The notes under the pieces: model-generated
What the model saw: only the letters and a program-made list of their open reading frames with translations
Database searches by the model: none
What the model was told of the DNA's origin: nothing
Made by a program: the position numbers and the translations under genes
NCBI GenBank assembly: GCA_001776475.1
Contig: MFBQ01000025.1
Span: 1-41,554, forward strand
Length of the DNA stretch: 41,554 bases
DNA from: Candidatus Curtissbacteria bacterium RIFCSPLOWO2_01_FULL_41_18
GTDB lineage: Bacteria; Patescibacteriota; Microgenomatia; Curtissbacterales; GWA2-41-24
Direction of reading: 5' to 3'
Part shown: one piece after another, positions 1 through 6,436 of the stretch
How the letters are laid out: each line of letters starts with the position of its first letter
Numbering within the stretch: the stretch's first letter is position 1

Positions 1-1018
1 CCTTTTCTTGTAAATCTAAATCAAGTGAAGTCGTTACTTTAAGACCACCTTGTTCTACAAACTTATCGCCATATTTTTGAGATAAAATATCTTTGACATA
101 GAAAACAAAATGGGGGGCGCGAATACCCTGATTGTTGGGAGAAAAGTGAACACCTGAGATTTCCTCTTTTAATTTTTCCTCTTGCTCACGGGTAATATAA
201 CCGTCTTCACGCATACGTCTGGCAACCTGATCGGCGCGTTCAATGTAGGCTTTCGGATTTGCCCCATATGGTGAATAATAACTAGGACGCTGCGGCAGCC
301 CGGCTAAAACCACTGCCTCAGTCAAGGTTAAGTCTTTGGCTTCTTTACTAAAATAAGTCTGGGCAGCAGCCTCAATTCCCCAAGCTGTTCCTCCATAAGG
401 AACCTCATTTAGATAAATCTGCAGAATTTCATCCTTGGTGTATTTGCGCTCAACCTGAATGGCTAAAATAAACTCTTTGATTTTGCGTGTGACAGTGCGC
501 TCTGGTGAAAGCAAAGTGTTTTTTACAACCTGCTGGGTAATAGTCGATCCGCCCTGCAGGTTTCTAAAAAAGACTGTGTTAAAAATCGCCCTAAAAATAC
601 CAATAGCTGAAAACCCTTGGTGCTTGTAAAAATCTTTATCCTCGACAGAAATTGTCGCCTGTTTTACATAAATGGGCAAAACATTCCAATTTACCAGCGC
701 TCTATTTTTGTCTCCGTAAATATCATATAGAAGCTTGCCGTTTCTATCAAAAATCTTGGTCGAAAGTGAGGAGTCCCTCGCCGTCAATTTATACGGAGAA
801 GGCAAGTCTTTAGCAAAGATAATAAAAGAAAAAAATGTCAAAATGATTAATGCAATCAGCGAAAAAAAGACTAGCGTCGAAACAAGACCAAAAAAGCGTA
901 TCCAGAATCTGCGTTTGTTAAAACCCGACTGCTGCAGGAATGGGTGATATCTTGAAGAAACTTTAGCAACCCGTGACGAAAATTTTCTTGCTTTTGGTCT
1001 ATAAGACGAAAAATCCAT
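1..1018 (-). CDS. Class A penicillin-binding protein (GT51 transglycosylase N-terminal part); the 3' end runs off the window
   Basis: Absent from the ORF track because it is open at the window edge. My minus-strand translation from the ATG at 1018-1016 gives MDFSSYRPKARKF, then a TM anchor (FFGLVSTLVFFSLIALIILTFFSFIIF). GT51 motifs follow: SVEDKDFYKHQGFS, GGSTITQQVVKN, RKIKEFILAIQVERKYTKDEILQIYLNEVPYG, AGLPQRPSYYSPYG. There is no stop codon down to position 1. Confidence 0.85.
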   Translation of the reverse strand, partial: MDFSSYRPKARKFSSRVAKVSSRYHPFLQQSGFNKRRFWIRFFGLVSTLVFFSLIALIILTFFSFIIFAKDLPSPYKLTARDSSLSTKIFDRNGKLLYDIYGDKNRALVNWNVLPIYVKQATISVEDKDFYKHQGFSAIGIFRAIFNTVFFRNLQGGSTITQQVVKNTLLSPERTVTRKIKEFILAIQVERKYTKDEILQIYLNEVPYGGTAWGIEAAAQTYFSKEAKDLTLTEAVVLAGLPQRPSYYSPYGANPKAYIERADQVARRMREDGYITREQEEKLKEEISGVHFSPNNQGIRAPHFVFYVKDILSQKYGDKFVEQGGLKVTTSLDLDLQEK

Positions 1019-1060
1019 AGAAGATCAATAACTTTATAATTATAGCCCACATCCAAGACG

Positions 1061-1089
1061 TTGACAAAATATCCACTGAATGATACTAT
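1061..1089 (+). promoter_or_regulatory. Sigma70-like promoter for the 1104 gene
   Basis: TTGACA (1061-1066), a 17-nt spacer, then TACTAT (1084-1089). The -10 box ends 14 nt before the ATG, which implies a very short leader. Confidence 0.45.
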
Positions 1090-1103
1090 AAGCCAATTTT
1101 AAT

Positions 1104-2198
1104 ATGCCAGAACGAATTGCTATTTTCGGTGGAGCAGGCAACATGGGCAGACGAACCGAAGCCGAAGCCCGCAAACAAGGCCATCAAATCCAAATCGTGG
1201 ATCCTCGCGCAGAAATTCAAGTCGATCCCGAAGAAGCAATTGCTTGGGCCACAGTCCTTTACTTTTCTTTGTTTGCTAAAGATCTTATTCCGGTTTTAGA
1301 CCAATATGGTAGATCAATTAGGCTCGATCAAATTGTCCTCGAGAACACTTCGACGAAAAATCCCATTATAAACACCCTAAAAGGATTGGATGAGATGGGA
1401 ATCAGCGTGTGCTCTGTGCATCCATTTGCCAAACACGATCAGCCACCAGGAGGCCAAAAGGTCGTAATTTTACCAATTGGAACAAACTTCAATAAGGCTC
1501 AAATTTTTGCGCAGGAATTCTATGGAAACATGGGGATGATTATAATTCGACATAGTATCGAGGATCATGATGCTCTTATGGTACCCGAACAACTTCCCTG
1601 GCATACAGCCAATCGTGCTCATCTATTAACCTTCATACGGCTTGGATACAGATTTTCTCAATTATGGAACCTCGCACCTGCTAACACAGAATTAGGATTA
1701 GCAAGCACTGCAAGAACTGGAATCCAAAATCCCACAATTTCTGCAACAATCATCTTCAATTATTTGAAAACCGCAGAAGGCCAAGCATGGAAAGCAACTT
1801 ATCCGCGAAGCTTAGAAGAAATCTTTAAAGCTGCCGAAAAAGGAGAAGAAACACTCGCCGCTCTGCTTGCTCAAACCAATGAATATCTGAAAGAAGATGG
1901 CATGGACCAACAGATGAACGAGGCAACAACTATAATCTTGGAGAGTAATGCTAATTTGAGATTGCACTCGTTAACTGTCCATTCACTAGACAATAAGCCA
2001 GGTGTTCTAGCTGCAATTGCGACTATATTTGCTGAAAATGGCATAAACTTAAATGCAGTGGGCAATCGTCCCCCAGATGGAGGAGTAGATATAAGGTTCG
2101 GAATCGACAAAGGCACTGACGAAGCTTCAATAAATCAGGCAGTTATAGCTCTAAGAGAACTGGGCTTTGAGGTTATAGAACGCCATAAGGAAAAATAG
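1104..2198 (+). CDS. Prephenate/arogenate dehydrogenase-like NAD(P)-binding protein with a C-terminal ACT domain
   Basis: N-terminal Rossmann motif IAIFGGAGNMG, an HP motif (SVHPFAKHDQPPGG) like the TyrA HPMFGP motif, and a C-terminal ACT-like segment (LTVHSLDNKPGVLAAIATIFAENGINLNAV). Family assignment is by motif only. Confidence 0.55.
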   Translation: MPERIAIFGGAGNMGRRTEAEARKQGHQIQIVDPRAEIQVDPEEAIAWATVLYFSLFAKDLIPVLDQYGRSIRLDQIVLENTSTKNPIINTLKGLDEMGISVCSVHPFAKHDQPPGGQKVVILPIGTNFNKAQIFAQEFYGNMGMIIIRHSIEDHDALMVPEQLPWHTANRAHLLTFIRLGYRFSQLWNLAPANTELGLASTARTGIQNPTISATIIFNYLKTAEGQAWKATYPRSLEEIFKAAEKGEETLAALLAQTNEYLKEDGMDQQMNEATTIILESNANLRLHSLTVHSLDNKPGVLAAIATIFAENGINLNAVGNRPPDGGVDIRFGIDKGTDEASINQAVIALRELGFEVIERHKEK

Positions 2199-2229
2199 TT
2201 TCGATTGCCTAACTTTGTCTTCAATGCTA

Positions 2230-2258
2230 TTGACAAAACACCTATAGTAGCTTATTAT
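2230..2258 (+). promoter_or_regulatory. Sigma70-like promoter
   Basis: TTGACA (2230-2235), a 17-nt spacer, then TATTAT (2253-2258), in the spacer after the 1104-2198 gene. Confidence 0.45.
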
Positions 2259-2264
2259 TGCCCT

Positions 2265-2396
2265 CATGGACATGCGATCTTTCGCATATTGGTATTACAA
2301 CAACCGCTAACTTAGTTGGCAGTTTTGTGATGCGTAAGTCCATTTAACTTTTTTAAAAAACAAAAAACACAAGACTCGCCAACAGGCGAGTTTTTT
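2265..2396 (+). ncRNA. Candidate ~130-nt structured RNA, either an sRNA or a cis-regulatory leader; class unknown
   Basis: Bounded by the predicted promoter and an intrinsic terminator. Internal hairpins include ATGCGA-tctt-TCGCAT and an outer pairing of ATGGAC with GTCCAT. No ORF is present. Confidence 0.3.
2374..2396 (+). terminator. Rho-independent terminator or attenuator hairpin
   Basis: ACTCGCC-aaca-GGCGAGT followed by TTTTTT. It ends 1 nt before the GTG at 2398 and 10 nt before the ATG at 2407. Confidence 0.6.
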
Positions 2397-2397
2397 A

Positions 2398-3546
2398 GTG
2401 GAAAAAATGACAATAGAAAAGCAAGTAAGAACAAGACTAACCATAGAAGCATTCGGTAATCCGTTCCCCTTACAACAAGCAAGGGAGGACTTTGTGGCGT
2501 GTCATATTGAACCTTGCTTTGAAAGAAATATCCTTGGATATGAAAGGTTTCGAAAACTGATGCACCACTTATCTTACAAAACTGTCCGAAATTTCATTCA
2601 GATGTTGGATGACGACCCTCAAATTAGCGGGGTAAAAACTAACCAAATTAGAAGAAAGGGGAAGGAGGTGAAAGTATTCGTGGTTGACGAAAAAACAAGA
2701 AAAACATTCGATACAGTAGGCAGATTTTTGATAGATCTTATTGAAATAGATCACAACATTATTTTTCCAGAAACGGAAGATGAGATGACATGTCTTCTAG
2801 CAATGGTCACTCGTGCCATCGCAACAGGGAAACCTATTACACTTTGCACGCCTATTTGTCCAGATTGGTCACGAGATGAAAAAGGCAGATACGATTTTAA
2901 ATCCCTTGGCGGCAGCGAAAGTTTTATCGCCAATAAATTCTTTAATTACGGGCAAGAGTTGTTGAGCCTTTTTGCAAAACACAAAATTCCATTTCAAGGG
3001 GTAATCCTTTTTGCCAATTGGGGTCTGGAAACTGAAATTGATGCTAAAGATACATACGGACGAAAATTGTTGCCTGATGATGTTCGCATGTGCTTTGCGT
3101 CAACCTTTGCAAGAACAGATGAAAAACTTTCAGAATTACAGAAATCACAGGAGACAACAAGCATCTTTGGAGATTTTAGAGTTGTTTCGATGAAAGGATT
3201 TCTTGAAGAAAGACTCGATATTCCAGAAGTTCAAAGGCGGCTCTATGATTTTTTTACCACCGACAAAAAGGGTAAACGTTTAGTCGATGTTTTGGCAACG
3301 CAAAGTCTAAAGATCAACAAAGACCGACTAAGCGTGGACGATCAAACAAATCGAGAACTGGCATTAAGAAATGTCGTGGAATATGCAACAGTGGGTCAAT
3401 CACTAGATGGACACAGTATTCTTATTGTCTGCGAATCAAGAACAACTTCACGGGCTTACAACTTGCCAAGAAAAAGGGATGATAACGTCCCGGTTTTTTA
3501 TCTAAAGGGTCAAGAAAGTCTCGAATCGGGAGTTAATATCTTATGA
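2398..3546 (+). CDS. Hypothetical protein with no family recognised
   Basis: Long ORF of 382 aa. Its stop overlaps the start of the next gene (ATGA at 3543-3546). The start could be the ATG at 2407. I saw no diagnostic motif; there is a Cys-containing segment LCTPICPDWSRD. Confidence 0.65.
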   Translation: MEKMTIEKQVRTRLTIEAFGNPFPLQQAREDFVACHIEPCFERNILGYERFRKLMHHLSYKTVRNFIQMLDDDPQISGVKTNQIRRKGKEVKVFVVDEKTRKTFDTVGRFLIDLIEIDHNIIFPETEDEMTCLLAMVTRAIATGKPITLCTPICPDWSRDEKGRYDFKSLGGSESFIANKFFNYGQELLSLFAKHKIPFQGVILFANWGLETEIDAKDTYGRKLLPDDVRMCFASTFARTDEKLSELQKSQETTSIFGDFRVVSMKGFLEERLDIPEVQRRLYDFFTTDKKGKRLVDVLATQSLKINKDRLSVDDQTNRELALRNVVEYATVGQSLDGHSILIVCESRTTSRAYNLPRKRDDNVPVFYLKGQESLESGVNIL

Positions 3547-4010
3547 CATTGAACAATCAGACGCTTGTTGTCAGTGAAGCTGGCCAAAAAGGACTTGGAG
3601 TGTTCGCAAAAGCTCCTTTTAAAATAGGAGTTCTTGTAGCTAGTGGCAAGCCATTAAGTTTCAGTCACCTAAAATCTGCTCATTCTTTTCAGATTGACGT
3701 GGACTTACACGCAGAATTTGATGAGCCTGCCAGACTAATCAATCATTCCTGCGATCCCAACCTCGGTATAATCAATAACCAATTCAGAGGTTATGATTTC
3801 ATTGCTTTAAGAGATATTAAACGAGGAGAAGAATTGGGGTGGGATTACTGCACGACAGAATTCATTTCTATTGCTATTAGAGATAAATGTTTGTGTGAAA
3901 GCAAAATTTGCCGAGTCAAAATCAGCGGTTTTTGCGATCTACCCGAATTCCTCAAGAAGAAATATGAACCCTTTATAGCTTCTTATTTAAGACAATTGCA
4001 CCAAACTTAA
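3543..4010 (+). CDS. Minimal SET-domain protein (putative protein-lysine methyltransferase) with a post-SET Cys motif
   Basis: SET motifs are present: GLGVFA, RLINHSCDPN, EELGWDY. A post-SET C-x-C-x4-C motif (CLCESKIC) follows. The protein is 155 aa. Confidence 0.85.
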   Translation: MTLNNQTLVVSEAGQKGLGVFAKAPFKIGVLVASGKPLSFSHLKSAHSFQIDVDLHAEFDEPARLINHSCDPNLGIINNQFRGYDFIALRDIKRGEELGWDYCTTEFISIAIRDKCLCESKICRVKISGFCDLPEFLKKKYEPFIASYLRQLHQT

Positions 4011-4035
4011 AAAACATTTAAGATTCTAATAAAGC

Positions 4036-5223
4036 ATGGACAAAATAGATGAACTGTTAACAAGAGCAGTAGACAATGTTATTCCTTCAAAAAAAGAGCT
4101 TGAAGATGTACTAAGGAGCGGCAAGAAACTGCGCGTATATCAGGGTTTTGATCCATCAACTGCCCAACTGCACATTGGCCATATGATAGGCCTTAGGAAA
4201 CTACGCCAGTGGCAAGAATTAGGCCATGAAGTAATTTTCTTAATCGGGGATTTTACCGGAATGATTGGTGACCCTACAGGAAAAGAAGAAACGAGACCAC
4301 TTCTTGAGAAAGAAGTCGTCGAAGAAAACGCCAAAACTTACAAGCAACAAGCCGCCAAAATTCTAAATTTTGATGGCAAAAACCCGGTAAAAATAAAGTT
4401 CAACAGCCAGTGGCTCGGGCAATTGTCCTCACAGGAATTTTTAAATTTGGCATCCCTTGTCACATATCAACAGGTCATCAAAAGAGATATGTACAGAAAA
4501 AGGATAAAAGCAGATAAAGACATTTCAATAAATGAAATTATGTACCCGATAATGCAGGGTTACGATTCAGTTGCGATGGATATAGATGTTGAAGTTGGCG
4601 GCCGGGACCAGCTTTTCAATATGATGATGGGCCGGGATCTTATGCACAAACTAAAGCGCAAAAATAAATTTGTGATGACTACGGCACTTTTGACCGATCC
4701 CCAAGGCAACAAAATCGGCAAAACAGGCGGCAATGCAATCAACTTTTCAGACTCTGCAAACTCCATGTATGGGGCTATTATGAATTTTCCGGACGATGTG
4801 ATTGTAAAAGGCCTTGAGTATCTGGCAGATGTTCCCATGGAAAAAATAAAAAAAGCCAAACAAGCATTGGAAACTTTCAAAAACCCGATTGAATATAAAA
4901 AACTTTTAGCATTGGCAGTAGTCAAACAGCTTCATAGCGAAAAGGAGGCTCAAGCCGCACAAAGCGAATTTGAAAAAACGTTCCAAAAAAGGAGTGCACC
5001 AGATTCAATCCCAACAGTAATAATTGATGAACCCAGTGTCGAGCTTGCAGATTTTCTAGTTGAAAACAGTTTAGCTGCCAGCAAATCGGATGCAAAAAGA
5101 TTACTACACCAAAAAGCCATAGAAATCGATGGACAAATAGTAGAAAATGATGAAGTCGAGTTTGAGGACAATCAAGTTTTAAAAGTCGGCAAAAAGAAAT
5201 TTGCTCGCATAAAGGTACAATAG
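4036..5223 (+). CDS. tyrS: Tyrosine--tRNA ligase
   Basis: Class I HIGH motif (AQLHIGHMIG), a KMSKS-like motif (KIGKTGG), and a C-terminal S4-like domain (SKSDAKRLLHQKAIEIDGQIV). Confidence 0.95.
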   Translation: MDKIDELLTRAVDNVIPSKKELEDVLRSGKKLRVYQGFDPSTAQLHIGHMIGLRKLRQWQELGHEVIFLIGDFTGMIGDPTGKEETRPLLEKEVVEENAKTYKQQAAKILNFDGKNPVKIKFNSQWLGQLSSQEFLNLASLVTYQQVIKRDMYRKRIKADKDISINEIMYPIMQGYDSVAMDIDVEVGGRDQLFNMMMGRDLMHKLKRKNKFVMTTALLTDPQGNKIGKTGGNAINFSDSANSMYGAIMNFPDDVIVKGLEYLADVPMEKIKKAKQALETFKNPIEYKKLLALAVVKQLHSEKEAQAAQSEFEKTFQKRSAPDSIPTVIIDEPSVELADFLVENSLAASKSDAKRLLHQKAIEIDGQIVENDEVEFEDNQVLKVGKKKFARIKVQ

Positions 5224-5251
5224 GTACGAAAAGTATGAGAGGTACGAAACG
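5214..5251. repeat. Upstream GTAC-word array, the left arm of an inverted repeat flanking the four-helix-bundle gene
   Basis: GGTACaataGGTACgaaaaGTAtgagaGGTACgaaacg with a period of about 9-10 nt. It overlaps the tyrS stop codon and abuts the GTG start at 5251. Confidence 0.7.
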
Positions 5252-5610
5252 TGGGTGAAAGTAGAGGTTTCCGAAACTTAATAGTTTGGAAACGCATGCA
5301 AGAGTTAGTAGCTTTAGTCTACAAACTCTGCAAAAGTTTACCCGAAGACGAAAAATATGGCCTAATTTCTCAAATGAAACGAGCAGCCGTTTCGGTCCTT
5401 TCGAATTTTGTAGAAGGCTATCTTAAAAGTAGTAAAAAAGAAAAACTATTGTATTTAGAACGATCTGCCACATCACTGTTGGAACTTGAAGCTCAAGTTG
5501 AAGTTTGTTTGGTTCTAGGTTATCTTAATGAAAGCGATAGCCAAATATTTAGTCAAAAGAAATCAGAAGTCGGTTATCTTTTACATCGGTACAAAAGCAA
5601 AATTATTTAG
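5251..5610 (+). CDS. Four-helix-bundle protein (23S rRNA intervening-sequence protein / S23p, Avd-like family)
   Basis: Characteristic N-terminus FRNLIVWKRMQELVALVYKLCKSLPEDEKYGLISQMKRAAVSVLSNFVEGY. The protein is 119 aa with a GTG start. Confidence 0.85.
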   Translation: MGESRGFRNLIVWKRMQELVALVYKLCKSLPEDEKYGLISQMKRAAVSVLSNFVEGYLKSSKKEKLLYLERSATSLLELEAQVEVCLVLGYLNESDSQIFSQKKSEVGYLLHRYKSKII

Positions 5611-5650
5611 CGTTTCGTACATTTCGTACCTTTTGTACTTCTCGTACTTT
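5611..5650. repeat. Downstream GTAC-word array, the right arm of the inverted repeat
   Basis: cgtttcGTACatttcGTACcttttGTACttctcGTACtttt. The first 10 nt, cgtttcgtac, are the exact reverse complement of gtacgaaacg at 5242-5251. Confidence 0.7.
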
Positions 5651-5651
5651 T

Positions 5652-5768
5652 ATGAGGCTTTTCAAACGTTCTTATCTTAAAAAAATTTGGATTGCAATTA
5701 TCATCTTGGCAGGCCTCAGCTTTATTATCGGCCAATTTGCCCTCTACCTCTTTTACGGCCTCCGATAG
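5652..5768 (+). CDS. Possible small membrane protein (38 aa)
   Basis: My translation is MRLFKRSYLKKIWIAIIILAGLSFIIGQFALYLFYGLR*, which contains one hydrophobic helix. It falls below the length cutoff of the ORF track and has no other support. Confidence 0.3.
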   Translation: MRLFKRSYLKKIWIAIIILAGLSFIIGQFALYLFYGLR

Positions 5769-5819
5769 TACTCTAAATTTGACATCGATACGTCAAGAAG
5801 AGTATATTTCGTCGAGTAC

Positions 5820-6383
5820 ATGACTGAGCACAAAGGCATTAGGACCTCTAAAGAATATGGTATAACCGAGTACAAAATCGGCCTACAAGATTCCGATGCA
5901 ATGATTACCATTCGACTTAGTAGGAAAGGTGACAGTTATGTTGTCACTTGGCTAAACCCAGACATCAGTACAAACGATTTCTTTTCAAAAGCACAAACAT
6001 TAGTCAACAGCATTAAAGAAGCCGGCAACAATTTTCCCTTAAAAAGAAAGATGTTCAGCGGTTTAGATTATTCGTTAGATGCAGATGGTAAAGATTTACA
6101 TGAGATCGATATAGAAGTCTTCGAGCCAATTGAAGAATTGGGAGACGCTTCTTTTGCCCGTTTTAACACGCCTTACGGCGATTTTACCTGGGAAAACTGG
6201 CCAGGAAACAAAGTACTAGGAGTAATAACACACGTAAATTCTCCTGATGAGCTATTCCAATTCATTATGGATAACTCTCACCCAAGCGCTAAAGACGGCC
6301 TTCGAGAAATTTTAGAAGACGTGGGGCAAAAAGCTTCTCAAAAAATGGCCGAGTCCGAAAAATCAGGTCAGAAAGCCTCTTGA
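5820..6383 (+). CDS. Hypothetical protein
   Basis: ORF of 187 aa, preceded by TTGACA, 18 nt, then TATATT at about 5781-5810. No recognisable motif. Confidence 0.6.
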   Translation: MTEHKGIRTSKEYGITEYKIGLQDSDAMITIRLSRKGDSYVVTWLNPDISTNDFFSKAQTLVNSIKEAGNNFPLKRKMFSGLDYSLDADGKDLHEIDIEVFEPIEELGDASFARFNTPYGDFTWENWPGNKVLGVITHVNSPDELFQFIMDNSHPSAKDGLREILEDVGQKASQKMAESEKSGQKAS

Positions 6384-6412
6384 GCAATTAACTTTTTTCA
6401 TCCCACTTAAAA

Positions 6413-6433
6413 CTCTGCTAAAATCTAGCAGAG
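6413..6433 (+). promoter_or_regulatory. Perfect 8-bp hairpin 3 nt upstream of the recG start codon
   Basis: CTCTGCTA-aaatc-TAGCAGAG, followed by atc and then ATG. Confidence 0.3.
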
Positions 6434-6436
6434 ATC

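Noticed and set aside
735-1056. ORFs 735-947 (plus) and 871-1056 (minus) from the ORF track
   Set aside because: Both lie within or out of frame with the clearly coding PBP gene (minus strand, ATG at 1018), whose GT51 motifs are unambiguous. They are shadow ORFs.
2398-3546. The idea that the 382-aa protein is a cyclodipeptide-synthase-like, aminoacyl-tRNA-using enzyme, based on PICPDWS against the GISxxNSYF motif and its position near tyrS
   Set aside because: The resemblance is a few residues only, the other CDPS signature residues cannot be placed by eye, and the protein is much longer. It is not supportable without profile or structure comparison.
4011-4035. A T-box leader in front of tyrS
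   Set aside because: The spacer is only 25 nt, and no T-box consensus (GGGTGGTACCGCG-like) occurs here or in the 2265-2396 RNA.
5251-5610. A diversity-generating retroelement, since the four-helix-bundle protein is Avd-like
   Set aside because: There is no reverse transcriptase gene and no template or variable repeat pair with adenine-specific mismatches anywhere in the window.
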